Shown here: in pieces, positions 38,604 to 49,896 of the stretch | How the letters are laid out: each line of letters begins with the position of its first letter | Numbering within the stretch: position 1 is the stretch's first letter | Assembly (NCBI GenBank): GCA_025350245.1 | Contig: JANXYG010000118.1 | Location: forward strand, 482 to 64,481 | From: Betaproteobacteria bacterium | GTDB taxonomy: Bacteria > Pseudomonadota > Gammaproteobacteria > Burkholderiales > Ga0077523 | Direction: 5' to 3' | Length of the DNA stretch: 64,000 nt | Position numbers and translations under genes: made by a program | Notes under the pieces: generated by a model | What the model was told of the DNA's origin: nothing | The model's input: only the letters and a program-made list of their open reading frames with translations | Database searches by the model: none

Positions 38604-39866
38604 TCAAGCGCCGACGCTGGCGGGATTCTCCGCGGGCGACGGCACCGCGCCATAGCGGCGCACCACGTAGTTATCGACGATCGCCTGAAATTGCTCGGCG
38701 ATGCGATCGCCCTTGAGCGTCACGGTCTTGCGGCCATCGACATAGACCGGCGCGACCGGATTTTCACCGGAACCCGGCAGGCTGATGCCGACATTGGCCT
38801 GCTTGCTCTCGCCCGGGCCATTGACCACGCAACCCATGACCGCAACGTGCATGTCTTCGACGCCGGGATAGTGCCCGCGCCACACCGGCATCTGCTCACG
38901 CAGCCAGCTCTGGATGCGCGCGGCGAGTTCCTGGAAGACCGTGCTGGTGGTGCGACCGCAGCCGGGGCACGCGATGACCAGCGGCGCGAACGAGCGCAGC
39001 CCCATGGTCTGCAAGAGTTCCTGGGCGACGACGACTTCACGGGTGCGGTCGCCGCCCGGTTCAGGCGTGAGCGACACGCGGATGGTGTCGCCGATGCCCT
39101 CCTGCAGCAGCACCGCCATGGCCGCCGACGAGGCCACGATGCCCTTCGACCCCATGCCGGCTTCGGTCAGGCCCAGATGCAGGGGATAGTCGCAGCGGGC
39201 GGCCAGATTGCGGTAGACCCAGATCAGATCCTGCACGCCGCTCACCTTGGCCGACAGGATGATGCGGTCGCCCGGCAGCCCGAGCGCCTCGGCCGACGCC
39301 GCGCTCTCGAGCGCCGAGGCGATGAGTGCCTCACGCGTGACCTGCGCGGCTTCCAGCGGCTGCGCCCGGCGCGCATTCTCGTCCATCAGGCGGGCAAGCA
39401 CCTCGGCATCGAGGCTGCCCCAGTTCACGCCGATGCGCACCGGCTTGTCGTGGCGGCAGGCCATGTCGATCATGGTGGCGAACTGCTCGTCGCGTTTCGA
39501 TCCTTTGCCGACGTTGCCGGGGTTGATGCGGTATTTCGCCAGCGCCCGGGCGGCCTCGGGGTACTGGGTGAGCAGACGGTGGCCGTTGAAATGGAAATCG
39601 CCCACCAGCGGCACGTTGCAACCCATCGCATCGAGTCGCTCACGGATCTCGGCGACTGACGCGGCCGCTTCGGGCGAATTGACGGTGATGCGCACCACCT
39701 CCGAACCGGCGCGCGCCAGATCGAACACCTGCCGGGCCGTGCCGGTGGCGTCAGCGGTGTCGGTGTTGGTCATCGACTGCACCATGACCGGCGCGTCGCC
39801 ACCCACGAAGAGGTGTCCGATCCGGACCTGGCGCGACCGGCGGCGCGGTGTGGGTGTCAGGGCCAT
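38604..39866 (-). CDS. ispG: 4-hydroxy-3-methylbut-2-en-1-yl diphosphate synthase IspG (GcpE)
   Basis: 420 aa. ..[39 protein letters not shown].. The C-terminus holds the ..ACPGCGRT.. Fe-S cysteines. Confidence 0.95.
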   Translation of the reverse strand: MALTPTPRRRSRQVRIGHLFVGGDAPVMVQSMTNTDTADATGTARQVFDLARAGSEVVRITVNSPEAAASVAEIRERLDAMGCNVPLVGDFHFNGHRLLTQYPEAARALAKYRINPGNVGKGSKRDEQFATMIDMACRHDKPVRIGVNWGSLDAEVLARLMDENARRAQPLEAAQVTREALIASALESAASAEALGLPGDRIILSAKVSGVQDLIWVYRNLAARCDYPLHLGLTEAGMGSKGIVASSAAMAVLLQEGIGDTIRVSLTPEPGGDRTREVVVAQELLQTMGLRSFAPLVIACPGCGRTTSTVFQELAARIQSWLREQMPVWRGHYPGVEDMHVAVMGCVVNGPGESKQANVGISLPGSGENPVAPVYVDGRKTVTLKGDRIAEQFQAIVDNYVVRRYGAVPSPAENPASVGA

Positions 39867-39870
39867 GCGG

Positions 39871-40821
39871 TCACTCCAGGGTCAGGTGCGCGATATCGGT
39901 GCGCGTATACGGCGCAAGGTCGATGTCGCGCCCGTCGAACGCGACCGCCACGCCGGAGGCGTTGCCGACCACCAGCGAAAACGGGGGTGTGCCACGAACC
40001 ACGCGCTGCGCCCCCGCGGGGCTCAACTGCGAAAACACCACGGCGCCGCTGCGGTCGCGAATCTCGACCCAGGCAGCGCGTGTGAACGACAGGCGAATGG
40101 CGGGGCCGGCCCCGGCGTCGGCCGGGTCGGCGGCAGCGACCACGGCAGCGCCCTGCGGCGGCGCGACGAGATCGGCAGGCGCGGCGCCGACGGCGCGTTC
40201 CACGGTTTGGCCGCCCGACACGCCTGCGGCGGCGTCGGCGGTGCCCTGCGCCGATGGCGCCGGTGCGGCCTCGCTCGCGGACCCGGCCGCTGGCGGCAAC
40301 GTCACCGCGACCACCGAGCCGTTCGGGGCCGAGGCCGACTGATGCAACAACAGGTAGCCCACCAGCACCGCCACTATCATCACGACGGCCCCGATGACCC
40401 AGCGGTGCGAGCGGACGTTGTCGCTCGCGGACAGGGGCATCGGCACCACGATGTCTCCGCCGTGCGGCGCAATGACGGCGGCGACGGCTTGGGCTTTCGC
40501 GGGGGCGATGATCGCGGGGAGCCCGTCGGTGGACGCTTCGAGCGCGACACCGGCCATCTCGAGCAACGGCCGGGCGTCGATGCCGAGTACCCGCGCATAG
40601 TTGCGGATGAAGCCGCGCACGAATACCCGGCCCGGCAGGGCGGCAAAGTCGTCGCGCTCCATGGCTTCGACCTGCCGCGGGAACAACTTGAGCTGGCGCG
40701 CCACGTCGGCGATCTCGAGCCCCTGCTGCAGTCGCGCCGCGCGCAACTGATCACCTGGGCCAGGCAGGGTTGGCGGCGCCAAGCGCTCGGCGGCAGGCGC
40801 CACGCTGAATTCATCGCTCAC
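39871..40821 (-). CDS. rodZ: RodZ-like cytoskeleton protein (HTH + TM + DUF4115)
   Basis: 316 aa (GTG start). HTH ..[50 protein letters not shown], a central TM helix and a C-terminal beta domain. It occupies the conserved slot between pilW and ispG. Confidence 0.8.
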   Translation of the reverse strand: MSDEFSVAPAAERLAPPTLPGPGDQLRAARLQQGLEIADVARQLKLFPRQVEAMERDDFAALPGRVFVRGFIRNYARVLGIDARPLLEMAGVALEASTDGLPAIIAPAKAQAVAAVIAPHGGDIVVPMPLSASDNVRSHRWVIGAVVMIVAVLVGYLLLHQSASAPNGSVVAVTLPPAAGSASEAAPAPSAQGTADAAAGVSGGQTVERAVGAAPADLVAPPQGAAVVAAADPADAGAGPAIRLSFTRAAWVEIRDRSGAVVFSQLSPAGAQRVVRGTPPFSLVVGNASGVAVAFDGRDIDLAPYTRTDIAHLTLE

Positions 40822-41618
40822 TCGAACCGTCCTTCGTTCAGCGCGCGCGTCTCGGGGGCGCTCGGGAAACGGCCGCGCAGCTGGCTACTGTACGACGCCA
40901 TCGCGTTGCGGTCACCCAGCAATCGTTCCATCCGCACGCCGAGCCACAGCGCGGAGGCATCCGGGTTCTGCACCACCTGCATGTACCGGGAGAGCGCGGC
41001 GCTGGATTTTTCGAGATCGCTCTGCTGGTAGTAGAGCTGGGCGAGGTTGATGAGCGCCCGTGGATCGCTCGGCTGCAATTGCAGCGCTTTCTGAAAATAC
41101 TGCTCGGCGGTCTTCTCGTCGCCCGACCGCCGGGTGCAGACGCCGGCGTTGACATAGGCTTCCCAGGGGCTCTTGTACAGCGGGTTCTTCAACGCCGCCA
41201 GGAAGTACCGCACCGATTCCTTCTCGAACCGGCGATCGCACAGGAACATGCCGAAGTTGTTATTGGCGTCGGAGTCGTTGCCATCAAGCCTGAGCGCGCG
41301 CTCGAAACTCGCGCGCGCCTTGTCGTCCTGGCGCAGGCCCATGTAGACCAGCCCCAGCGAGTTGTGCGCAGGTACGTATTTCGGATCGGCCTCGATCGCC
41401 TGATTGAGTTCGTCAAGCGCTACGCCGAACTGGCCGATCTGGTAGTAGCTGGCGCCGAGCTCGGTGTGGATGCGCGCCCGTTCGGCCGGGGTGGCCGGCG
41501 TGGGTTGCGGGCTCGACTGCACCGGCTGCGGGGCGGGTTCCTCGCGCCTCGGCGCCGACGAGCCGCAGCCGGCCAGCGTGAATCCGAGCAGCGTCGCCGC
41601 CAGCGTCCATTGCCTCAT
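40818..41618 (-). CDS. pilW: Type IV pilus biogenesis/stability TPR lipoprotein PilW (PilF)
   Basis: 266 aa from ATG 41618, which shares ATGA with the rlmN stop. Lipobox LLGFTLAGC and TPR repeats (..[16 protein letters not shown]..). The 115-codon upstream extension of the ORF overlaps rlmN. Confidence 0.75.
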   Translation of the reverse strand: MRQWTLAATLLGFTLAGCGSSAPRREEPAPQPVQSSPQPTPATPAERARIHTELGASYYQIGQFGVALDELNQAIEADPKYVPAHNSLGLVYMGLRQDDKARASFERALRLDGNDSDANNNFGMFLCDRRFEKESVRYFLAALKNPLYKSPWEAYVNAGVCTRRSGDEKTAEQYFQKALQLQPSDPRALINLAQLYYQQSDLEKSSAALSRYMQVVQNPDASALWLGVRMERLLGDRNAMASYSSQLRGRFPSAPETRALNEGRFE

Positions 41619-42781
41619 GGCGAAGCCGGCAGGCTGTCGCGACGCGCCAGGCGGCTGGTGCGATCGACCACGCGGCCAGCCAGTTGGCCGCAGGCGCCAT
41701 CGATGTCGTCGCCCCGAGTCCGGCGCACGGTGGTGACGAAGCCCGCGGACAACAGCACCCCCTGGAACGCCACGACCGCGTCGCGCGACGAACGCCGGAA
41801 ACCCGAATCCGGAAACGGGTTGAACGGGATCAGGTTGAACTTGCACGGCAGGTCGCCGACCAGATCGACCAGCTCGTGCGCCTGCACCACCGAATCGTTC
41901 ACGCCGTCGAGCATCACGTATTCGAAGGTGACGAAGTCGCGGGGCGAACCCTGCCGCTGCCATTTTACCTTTGGAGCTACCACGGGCGCTGCGTCATCGG
42001 ATTGGTCGGATCCGCTGCCGGCGGTGTCGATGTAGCGGCGGCAGGCGGCGAGCAGTTCCGCCAGCGGCCACTTGCGGTTGATCGGCACCAGCTCGTCGCG
42101 CAGCTTGTCGTTCGGGGCGTGCAGCGACACCGCCAGCGATACCGGAAGCGCTTCGCGCAGCCGGTCGATCCAGGGGACCATGCCGGACGTGGACAGCGTG
42201 ACCCGACGGCGGGACAAGCCGTAGGCATCGTCGTCGAGCATGATCCGCATGGCGGTCACAACCGCATCGAAATTGGCGAGCGGCTCGCCCATGCCCATCA
42301 TCACCACGTTGGTGATCGGGCGATCGCCATGGGCAAGATCGGCACCGAGCGCGCGATTCGCGAGCCACAATTGACCGATGATCTCGCCGGCGTCGAGATT
42401 GCGGTTGAACCCCTGGCGACCGGTGGAGCAGAACGCGCATTCGAGCGCGCAGCCCACCTGGCTTGAGATGCACAAGGTGCCGCGAGAAGCTTCAGGAATG
42501 TAGACGGTTTCGATGCCGTTGGCGGTGCCCGCGGCCAGCAGCCACTTGCGGGTGCCGTCGGCCGCGACCGAGTCGCTCATGATGGACGGCGCCTCGATGT
42601 GCGCGAGCGTTGCGAGGCGCTCGCGCAGCGCCTTGGGCACATCGGTCATCTGCTCGAACGACGCCGCGCCGCCGCGATGCATCCATCGCATCAGTTGGCG
42701 GGCGCGAAACGGCTTTTCGCCGAGTTCACCCAGCCAGGCGGCCAGCGTCGGGGAATCGAAGTCGAGCAGGTTGACGGGCAT
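41615..42781 (-). CDS. rlmN: 23S rRNA/tRNA m2A methyltransferase RlmN (radical SAM)
   Basis: 388 aa with radical-SAM [11 protein letters not shown] and C-terminal ..[12 protein letters not shown]. It carries an extra ~28-aa acidic/Ser-rich segment (aa 252-279). Confidence 0.95.
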   Translation of the reverse strand: MPVNLLDFDSPTLAAWLGELGEKPFRARQLMRWMHRGGAASFEQMTDVPKALRERLATLAHIEAPSIMSDSVAADGTRKWLLAAGTANGIETVYIPEASRGTLCISSQVGCALECAFCSTGRQGFNRNLDAGEIIGQLWLANRALGADLAHGDRPITNVVMMGMGEPLANFDAVVTAMRIMLDDDAYGLSRRRVTLSTSGMVPWIDRLREALPVSLAVSLHAPNDKLRDELVPINRKWPLAELLAACRRYIDTAGSGSDQSDDAAPVVAPKVKWQRQGSPRDFVTFEYVMLDGVNDSVVQAHELVDLVGDLPCKFNLIPFNPFPDSGFRRSSRDAVVAFQGVLLSAGFVTTVRRTRGDDIDGACGQLAGRVVDRTSRLARRDSLPASP

Positions 42782-43206
42782 CAGCGCGAATAGATGTTGA
42801 GCGCGGGAAAGAAGTAGGCGATCTCGTGGGCGGCGGTTTCCGGCGCATCGGAACCGTGCACCGCATTGGCGTCGATCGAGTCGGCGAAGTCGGCGCGGAT
42901 CGTGCCCTTGTCGGCCTTCTTGGGGTCGGTGGCGCCCATCAGATCGCGGTTGCGGGCGATGGCGCCCTCGCCTTCGAGCGCAGTCACCATGACCGGACCG
43001 GAGATCATGAACGTGACCAGGTCGTTGAAGAACGGGCGGGCCTTGTGGACGGCGTAGAAGCCTTCGGCGTCGGCGCGCGACAGGTGGATCATGCGGGCCG
43101 CGATGACCTTCAGACCGGCCGACTCGAAGCGACTATAGATCTGTCCGATCACGTTCTTGGCTACCGCATCGGGCTTGATGATGGACAGGGTACGTTCAAC
43201 CGCCAT
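42781..43206 (-). CDS. ndk: Nucleoside-diphosphate kinase
   Basis: 141 aa, [22 protein letters not shown].. Confidence 0.97.
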   Translation of the reverse strand: MAVERTLSIIKPDAVAKNVIGQIYSRFESAGLKVIAARMIHLSRADAEGFYAVHKARPFFNDLVTFMISGPVMVTALEGEGAIARNRDLMGATDPKKADKGTIRADFADSIDANAVHGSDAPETAAHEIAYFFPALNIYSR

Positions 43207-43345
43207 GTTGCTTCTCCGAGAAAGTGTTTTCCGGAATCGAACCGGAAAGAATTATTTAGCTAATTCATGAGGATAGCACAAGCCCTACCGCTGCGGAACG
43301 TTCCGTGCCGCAAAGCGGGGCCTGATTGGCAGCGTGGCTAGGCTT

Positions 43346-43540
43346 CCCTCACCCTCGGTCCCTCTCCCGGAGAGGGATGCCTCCAACTCCCTGGCCCTTT
43401 CCCACAGAAACAGGAAGGTGTCCTGCTCCCTGGCCCTTTCCCGCGTAGACAGGGGGGTGTCCTGCTCCCTTCTCCCCCTCGCAAGAAGACAGGAAGGCGT
43501 CCTGCTCCCTTCTCCCCCGGGAAAGGGCCGGGGATGAGGG
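43346..43540. repeat. Expanded member of the GC-rich palindromic element family, with internal ~39-nt tandem units
   Basis: The ends ccctcaccctcgg.. / ..ggggatgaggg are imperfect inverted repeats. Inside are 3.5 tandem units at 43387-43425, 43426-43464, 43465-43504 and 43505-43540 (ctccct[gt][gc]cc..acagg[ag]ag?g[tc]gtcctg). It lies between ndk and the TRAP operon. Confidence 0.8.
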
Positions 43541-43600
43541 AAACCGGAGCGTTGATCGCACGGCTGCGTCGTTGTGGGTCAGCCTTGTGGTTTGTTCCAG

Positions 43601-44893
43601 CTAGCGAACGCCCAGCACATGAGGCAACCAAAGGGAAACGGCCGGCACGTAGGTCACCAGTACCAGGTACAGCAGCATCACCCCCACCCACGGCAGACAG
43701 GCGAGCGACACCTCGGTCATGCCCATCTTCGCCATGTGGCTCGCCACGAACAGGTTCAGGCCGACCGGCGGGTGGATCATGCCAATCTCCATGTTGACGG
43801 TCATGATCACGCCGAGGTGGATCGGATCGATGCCCAGGCTGTTCGCGATCGGCAGGAACAGCGGCGCCAGGATCAGCACGATCGAACTGGGCTCCATGAA
43901 CTGCCCGGCCAGCAGCAGCGCCACGTTGACCGCGATCAGGAACATCCACGGCGACAGGTGCTGCGCGACCACCCATTCCGACATCACCTGCGGAATCTGC
44001 TCCGAGGTCAGCAGGTAGGAGAACAGCATCGCGTTGGTCACGATGTAGAGCAGCATCGCGCTGGTGCTGGCGGCCGACAGCAGCACGCGGAAGCACTCGC
44101 GCAGGCGCAGATCCCGATAGATGAACACCGCCGCGACGAACGCATACACGGCGCTCACCGCCGCGGCCTCGGTCGGCGTGAAGATGCCGCCATAGATGCC
44201 GCCCATGACGATGACGACCAGCAGCAGGCCCCAGAAGGCCTTGCGAAACGAGGTGCGAATCTCGCTGGCCCCGGCGCGCGGCAAGGTGGGATAGCCGCGA
44301 CGTTTCGCGGTGATGCCGGCCACCGCCATCAGCAGCGCCGCCAGCAGGACACCCGGCACGACACCGGCGATGAACAGCTTGCCGGCACTGGTGCTGGTGC
44401 TGACGGCATAGATGATCATCACGATCGACGGCGGGATCAGGATGCCGAGCGAGCCGGCCGTGGTGATCACGCCGACCGCGAACCGCTTCGGATAGCCGTG
44501 CTTGATCATCGCCGGCAGCATCACCGAGCCGATCGCCGCCACCGTTGCCGGGCTCGACCCCGAGATCGTGGCGAAGAAGGCGCAGGCGAGCACCGCCGCC
44601 ATCGCGAGTCCACCGGGCATCCACCCCACCAGCGAAATCGCGAAGCGGATGATGCGGGCCGCGATGCCGCCTTCGGTCAGGAAGGTACCGGCGAGGATGA
44701 AGAACGGGATCGCCATCAGCGGAAAGCTTTCCAGCCCGGTGAACAGCCGCTGCGAGACGATGTCCACGATCTCCATCGAGAACGACGAGAACACCGCGAG
44801 GTAGGTGAGCACCGTCAGGCCGAGCGCGATCGAGATCGGCGTGCCGGTGGCGAGCAGCGCCAGCAGGATCAGGATGATGACGACGACGGTCAT
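43601..44893 (-). CDS. dctM: TRAP transporter large permease (DctM family)
   Basis: 430 aa, highly hydrophobic (~12 TM). It overlaps the dctQ stop by 4 nt. Confidence 0.9.
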   Translation of the reverse strand: MTVVVIILILLALLATGTPISIALGLTVLTYLAVFSSFSMEIVDIVSQRLFTGLESFPLMAIPFFILAGTFLTEGGIAARIIRFAISLVGWMPGGLAMAAVLACAFFATISGSSPATVAAIGSVMLPAMIKHGYPKRFAVGVITTAGSLGILIPPSIVMIIYAVSTSTSAGKLFIAGVVPGVLLAALLMAVAGITAKRRGYPTLPRAGASEIRTSFRKAFWGLLLVVIVMGGIYGGIFTPTEAAAVSAVYAFVAAVFIYRDLRLRECFRVLLSAASTSAMLLYIVTNAMLFSYLLTSEQIPQVMSEWVVAQHLSPWMFLIAVNVALLLAGQFMEPSSIVLILAPLFLPIANSLGIDPIHLGVIMTVNMEIGMIHPPVGLNLFVASHMAKMGMTEVSLACLPWVGVMLLYLVLVTYVPAVSLWLPHVLGVR

Positions 44894-45453
44894 GGCGTCG
44901 TTTCACCCGTGTCGACCGTCGGCCCGCCGTGCGTCGGCAGCTCATCGGTCCGGGCGAAATGCCAGCACACCTGCAGGAACCGATAGCACATCAACCCGGA
45001 ACCGAACGGGATGCACAGGTAGATCATCCAGCGCGGCCATTCGAGGTCGGGCGAGACCTGCCCGGTCTCGTGCATGAACAGCACCCAGCGCGCGCCGAGG
45101 AAAGCGATGATCGCGGTGAACAGCGCGCCGAGCAGCAGGCCCAGCATCACCAGACGCCGCCGCCACGGCGGACTCGCGTTGGTCACCAGCAGGTCGACGC
45201 CGATGTGGATGCCGGTGCGCACGCCGTAGGCAGCGCCGAACTTGGCCATCCAGATGAAGAGCAGGATGCACAGCTCCTGCGCCCAGGTAAGATCGAGGCG
45301 GCCCGTGTAGTCCCACAGCCACGGGACCTGGGCGCTCATCCGGTGCAGCACCGCCACGAAGATGATCAGCGTGGCCACCGCCATGAAGCTGGCGATCAGC
45401 CATTCCTCGAGGTGATCGAGGACGCGGTTCAGACCCGCCAGCAGGGATTTCAC
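44890..45453 (-). CDS. dctQ: TRAP transporter small permease (DctQ family)
   Basis: The proposed GTG start at 45453 shares GTGA with the dctP stop, giving 187 aa. ..LNRVLDHLEEWLIASFMAVATLIIFVAVLHR.. It has 4 TM helices. The Gly/Ala-rich upstream extension of the ORF overlaps dctP. Confidence 0.75.
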   Translation of the reverse strand: MKSLLAGLNRVLDHLEEWLIASFMAVATLIIFVAVLHRMSAQVPWLWDYTGRLDLTWAQELCILLFIWMAKFGAAYGVRTGIHIGVDLLVTNASPPWRRRLVMLGLLLGALFTAIIAFLGARWVLFMHETGQVSPDLEWPRWMIYLCIPFGSGLMCYRFLQVCWHFARTDELPTHGGPTVDTGETTP

Positions 45454-46463
45454 TGCCGCTTGCGCCGCTCCGCCTGCACCTGTGCCGCCACCGCCTGCAC
45501 CGACTGGATCAGCTCGCGCCCGATCACCGGCTCGAACTCCTGCTGCACCGGCAGCAGCGCCTTCTTCCACTCCGCACGCTCAGCCTCGGGCAACACGTAG
45601 ACCTCGGTGGTGCCGGCCTGCCGCACCAGCGCCAGCGCATCGGCATTGTCCTTGGCGGCAATGGCACGCTCGTAGCGGGTGGCATCTTTCATGGCGCCTT
45701 CCAGCGCGCTGCGGATGTCGGCCGGGAGCCCTTCCCAGAATTTGCGGTTGACGATGACGGCATAGGTCAGATAGCCGTGATCGGAAATGGTGAGGTGCTT
45801 CTGCACCTCGTGCATCTTCTGGGTGTAAATGTTGGAAACCGAGTTCTCGCCACCGTCGACCACGCCCTGCTGCAACGCCGTGTAGACCTCGCTGAAGGCC
45901 ATCACCTGGGGCACCCCGCCGAGCTGGCGCACCGAAGCCGCGAGCACTTTCGACGATTGCACGCGCAGCTTCATGCCGCGAAAATCGGCGAGCTTCCGCA
46001 ACGGGCGATTGGCGGAATACTGCTTGAAGCCGTTGTCCCAGTAGGCCAGCCCCTTGATGCCCTTGGCATCGAGCTTCGCGAACAGCTTCTGGCCGATGTC
46101 GCCATCGGTCACCCGATGCACGCTTTCGACGTCGGGCAACAGATACGGCAGATCGAACACCTCGAAGTCGCGCACGCCCAGCGGCCCGAACTTCGACACC
46201 GACGGCGCCACCATCTGCACCGCGCCGCGCTGCAACGCCTCGAGTTCGTCGCCGTCGCGATAGAGCTGGCTGTTGGGGTATAGCTCGACCTTGACGCGCC
46301 CCTTGGTCGCGGCTTCAGCGAGCTGCTTGAAGCGCTCCGCGGCCTTGCCCTTGGGCGTGTCGGCAGCCACCACGTGACTGAACTTGATGGTGATGACCTG
46401 GGCGTGCGCCGCGGCGGCGAACGGCAGGAGCACGAAGACACAGAGCAGTCGCAGCAGGCGCAT
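45450..46463 (-). CDS. dctP: TRAP transporter substrate-binding protein (DctP family)
   Basis: 337 aa with a signal peptide ending AAAHA. ..ITIKFSHVVAADTPKGKAAERFK..NSQLY..ELEALQ.GAVQM.. is the typical DctP N-terminal region. Confidence 0.9.
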   Translation of the reverse strand: MRLLRLLCVFVLLPFAAAAHAQVITIKFSHVVAADTPKGKAAERFKQLAEAATKGRVKVELYPNSQLYRDGDELEALQRGAVQMVAPSVSKFGPLGVRDFEVFDLPYLLPDVESVHRVTDGDIGQKLFAKLDAKGIKGLAYWDNGFKQYSANRPLRKLADFRGMKLRVQSSKVLAASVRQLGGVPQVMAFSEVYTALQQGVVDGGENSVSNIYTQKMHEVQKHLTISDHGYLTYAVIVNRKFWEGLPADIRSALEGAMKDATRYERAIAAKDNADALALVRQAGTTEVYVLPEAERAEWKKALLPVQQEFEPVIGRELIQSVQAVAAQVQAERRKRQ

Positions 46464-46505
46464 GACGTTATCCCGAAAAATGGCGCGCGGAGTGTAGCAC
46501 CGGGG

Positions 46506-47837
46506 TCAGCGGTGACCCACGCGAGGCAGCACGCCGGGTTGGCCCGGTCCCGCGGCAAAGACCGCGTCGATGCCGATCCCGTCGACCCAGGCAAGGTCGT
46601 CGCCGATGGTGAGCAGCGGCAGACGACTGCGCTCCCACGGCGGCATCCCTGCCTCCTGCAGCAGCTTCTTCAGCGCGCGTCGCGGTCGGTTGGCGGCCAG
46701 TTGCAGGCGTTCGCCGCCGGTACGAAATCCGATGGCGACCGGCAATCCGCCAGTGAGTGTCGCGCGGGCCAGGCCGTTGCCGACGACAGCATCGAAATGC
46801 AACGTCCTGCCATCCGGCAATGCCAGCGCGGCTTCGCCGTTCCAGCACGCCCGCCAACCCGGCGGCGTGGCGGCAGCCCCATCGAGCAGCAAGCGGCCGG
46901 CGTGGCGGCGCAAGGTGGCGCCTCCCAGCATGGCGCAAGGCGTGCCATCACCACGGGCGTCGAGCAACTGGGCCAATCCCGCTTCGAGACGCTGGCGCGA
47001 CGGCATTGCGATGCCCTGCCCCCGCAGCCAGTGACGGACGACGTTGAGACGTCGCGCCGGGGTCAGCGCCAGGACACCCGCCACCAGCAGACCATCGGCG
47101 TCGAGCACGCGCGCCAGATCCGCCGCCGCCAGTGCCGCGGCCAGCTCGCCCGCATCGGCGGCGTTGACCGCCACCCGCGCCAGGGTTTCGCGCCAGGCCG
47201 GAAAACGGGTCTCGATCAATGGCAGCACCTCCGCCCGCAGGAAATTGCGCGCATGCCGGACATCGGTATTCGACTCGTCGGTGATCCAGCGCACCTCGCG
47301 CTCGATCGCGGCTTCGTGCAACGCGGAGCGCGTGAACTCGAGCAGCGGACGGACCAGCAGCGGGCCATCGGCACCGAGCGATCGCCCGACCGGCATCGCC
47401 GCCATCCCTTCGACCCCGGCGCCGCGCAGCACGTGCAGCAACACCGTCTCGGCCTGGTCGTCGAGATGATGGGCCGTGACCACGACATCCGCGCCGCTCG
47501 CGCGCAGGCATCGATAGCGCTCGTGGCGGGCGGCTGCTTCGAGCCCCAGGCCCGAGTCGCGCGCCACCTGGACCTGCTCGACGCGCAACGGGATGCCGCG
47601 CCTTGCGCACTCGCGTTCACAGAAGCCGGCCCAGTCGTCGGCGTGCGGGCTCAAGCCGTGATGGACGTGCATTGCCGACAGATGGAACCCCAGCTTCGGC
47701 GCCAGGGTGCCGAGCACGTCGAGCAGCACCATCGAGTCCATGCCGCCGCTCAAGGCCAGCGCGAGCGTGCGTCCGTTCACACCAGCCGTCGCGAGGCGCC
47801 GTTCGACGGTGCGCAACAGCGACGCGAACCCGCTCAT
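46506..47837 (-). CDS. tilS: tRNA(Ile)-lysidine synthase
   Basis: 443 aa with the PP-loop LALSGGMDSMVLL. Confidence 0.9.
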   Translation of the reverse strand: MSGFASLLRTVERRLATAGVNGRTLALALSGGMDSMVLLDVLGTLAPKLGFHLSAMHVHHGLSPHADDWAGFCERECARRGIPLRVEQVQVARDSGLGLEAAARHERYRCLRASGADVVVTAHHLDDQAETVLLHVLRGAGVEGMAAMPVGRSLGADGPLLVRPLLEFTRSALHEAAIEREVRWITDESNTDVRHARNFLRAEVLPLIETRFPAWRETLARVAVNAADAGELAAALAAADLARVLDADGLLVAGVLALTPARRLNVVRHWLRGQGIAMPSRQRLEAGLAQLLDARGDGTPCAMLGGATLRRHAGRLLLDGAAATPPGWRACWNGEAALALPDGRTLHFDAVVGNGLARATLTGGLPVAIGFRTGGERLQLAANRPRRALKKLLQEAGMPPWERSRLPLLTIGDDLAWVDGIGIDAVFAAGPGQPGVLPRVGHR

Positions 47838-47859
47838 GGCGAAGGCGGCATGGCAACGA

Positions 47860-48828
47860 CTACCGCGGCGTGACTTCCTTGTACTTGCCGAAATCGAGCA
47901 GGCGTTCGAAACGCGTTTCGAGCAGATCGTCGATGCTCTTCGATTGGGTGTCGCGCAGCGCCTCGGTCAGCGCCTTGCGCGCGGACTGCATGACCGCGCC
48001 CTGATCGCGATGCGCGCCGCCCAGCGGTTCGGGGATGACCTTGTCGACCAGGCCCAGCGTCTTGAGCCGACTCGCGGTGATGCCCAGGGTCTCGGCCGCC
48101 TCCGGCGCGCGATCGGCGCTCTTCCAGAGAATGGACGCGCAGCCTTCGGGCGAGATCACCGAATACACCGAGTATTGCAGCATCATCAGCGTGTCGCCCA
48201 CGGCGATGGCCAGCGCGCCACCGGAGCCGCCCTCGCCGATCACGGTGCAGATGATCGGCACCCGCAGCTCGGCCATCAAGAACAGGTTGCGGCCGATGGC
48301 CTCGGACTGGCCGCGCTCCTCCGCGCCCACGCCCGGATAGGCGCCCGGCGTGTCGACGAAGGTGAACACCGGCATCTCGAACTTCTGCGCGAGGTGCAGC
48401 AGGCGCAGCGCCTTGCGGTAGCCCTCCGGCTTGGGCATGCCGAAGTTGCGGTAGATCTTGTCCTTGGTGTCGCGGCCCTTCTGGTGGCCCATGACCACGC
48501 AGGGACGGCCGCCGAAGTTCGCGATGCCGCCGATGATCGCCGGATCGTCGGCGAACGAACGGTCGCCGTGCAGCTCCTCGAAATCGGTGAACAGGTTCTG
48601 GATGTAGTCGAGCGTATAAGGCCGCTGCGGATGACGCGCCACCTGCGAAATCTGCCAGGCCGACAGCTTCGCGTAAATCTCCTTGGTGAGCACGTTGCTC
48701 TTCTTCTGCAGGCGCGCGATTTCTTCGGAGATGTCGAGCGCGGAGTCGTCCTGCACGTAGCGCAGCTCTTCGATCTTCTGCTCGAGCTCCGCGATCGGCT
48801 GCTCGAAATCGAGGAAGGTGGTTTTCAT
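47860..48828 (-). CDS. accA: Acetyl-CoA carboxylase carboxyltransferase subunit alpha
   Basis: 322 aa. [41 protein letters not shown].. Confidence 0.95.
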   Translation of the reverse strand: MKTTFLDFEQPIAELEQKIEELRYVQDDSALDISEEIARLQKKSNVLTKEIYAKLSAWQISQVARHPQRPYTLDYIQNLFTDFEELHGDRSFADDPAIIGGIANFGGRPCVVMGHQKGRDTKDKIYRNFGMPKPEGYRKALRLLHLAQKFEMPVFTFVDTPGAYPGVGAEERGQSEAIGRNLFLMAELRVPIICTVIGEGGSGGALAIAVGDTLMMLQYSVYSVISPEGCASILWKSADRAPEAAETLGITASRLKTLGLVDKVIPEPLGGAHRDQGAVMQSARKALTEALRDTQSKSIDDLLETRFERLLDFGKYKEVTPR

Positions 48829-48883
48829 CGGCGGCGAGTATAGCCGCGATCGGATCGGCGTTTGATAAACCGAAGACGATCAG

Positions 48884-49174
48884 CTACTTGCCGTAGTTGG
48901 CGGACAAGTAATCCGCGATGCCTTTGGCGTCTGCCTCGGTGATCGGCGCGCCCATCACCTTGATCATCTTGTTGACCGAACCCTCCCAGCCCTTGCGGTC
49001 GAGGAACGGCGAGTTCATCTGGATGTAGTCGAGGCTGTGGCAGGCAACGCAGTTGGCCTGGACCAGTTCGCGCCCGGCGCCGGCCTTGAGTTCGATGGCG
49101 TCCTCGCCGGCGACGGCGGCACCCGCGGCAAGCAGCCAGGTGACTCGAAAAATCCATCCAGCGAGATTGGTCAT
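48884..49174 (-). CDS. Small mono-haem c-type cytochrome
   Basis: 96 aa from ATG 49174 with a signal-like N-terminus and a single CVACH haem motif (..ANCVACHSLDYIQMNSPFL..). Confidence 0.75.
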   Translation of the reverse strand: MTNLAGWIFRVTWLLAAGAAVAGEDAIELKAGAGRELVQANCVACHSLDYIQMNSPFLDRKGWEGSVNKMIKVMGAPITEADAKGIADYLSANYGK

Positions 49175-49292
49175 GGCGACTTTCGGTGAGGTCGGACGGA
49201 AGGTGACACGATCACCAAGCGGCGGGGGGAAGTCAAGAGATGGCTGACACGGTATGCCTATGGCCGACCTGCGCGACAAGGGGTAGCACTCC

Positions 49293-49778
49293 TCAGTAAC
49301 GCTGGCGGGCGACGAGCGCCATGACTGGATAGGCTACAAGCGCGATAGCGGAACACAAGAGATTGAACCGAAGGCTTGGCCACGGGCTGCGCCAAGCGTA
49401 GACATCCGGGGAGTCGGGCAAGTAAGTCACAACGTCCAATCTACCGATGGCCAAAGAACCGCAGACGAGGGGAGAAATCTCGTCTCGCGCCACGCCGCTG
49501 AGGGCATGACCATCAACAGCGTACTCAAAGTGAACGTATCGCCTGCCCTGCGCTGGGCACTCCAGCGAGACGATCTTGGCTGGCGCCGTGACCCCAGAAA
49601 CCAGAAGAGCGACGAGCGGCGCTGTCCAGATTGAGATGATGGCAACGACCACCCCGGCAAACACAACGGCATGCCGGAGTCGCTCGCTGGGCTCAGGAAA
49701 CCCAGAGCGCCACAGATACAGGAGCGCAACCGCCGCTGAAGCTCCGAGGGCGATCTGAATGGCCAGCAGGGGGTTCAT
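49293..49778 (-). CDS. Hypothetical membrane protein (TM - beta-rich domain - TM; DUF3592-like topology)
   Basis: 161 aa with lower GC than the core. It has hydrophobic helices at both ends flanking ..AKIVSLECPAQGRRYVHFEYAVDGHALSG... The family guess is weak. Confidence 0.5.
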   Translation of the reverse strand: MNPLLAIQIALGASAAVALLYLWRSGFPEPSERLRHAVVFAGVVVAIISIWTAPLVALLVSGVTAPAKIVSLECPAQGRRYVHFEYAVDGHALSGVARDEISPLVCGSLAIGRLDVVTYLPDSPDVYAWRSPWPSLRFNLLCSAIALVAYPVMALVARQRY

Positions 49779-49896
49779 TGAACGCTCAAAAGAGTCAGGC
49801 TCGTATTCGCGTCATGCAATAGAGCCGACGATGGCGGATCGACAAACATCGACATCGTCGCGGCACCAAGATCCTCGCCCCATTGCCTTCTCACCG

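Noticed and set aside
43387-43540. Possible CRISPR array, suggested by ~39-nt tandem repetition.
   Set aside because: The whole unit is repeated with point differences. There are no constant repeats alternating with unique spacers. The block has only 3.5 units, no cas genes are present, and it is clearly related to the palindromic element at 34057-34135.
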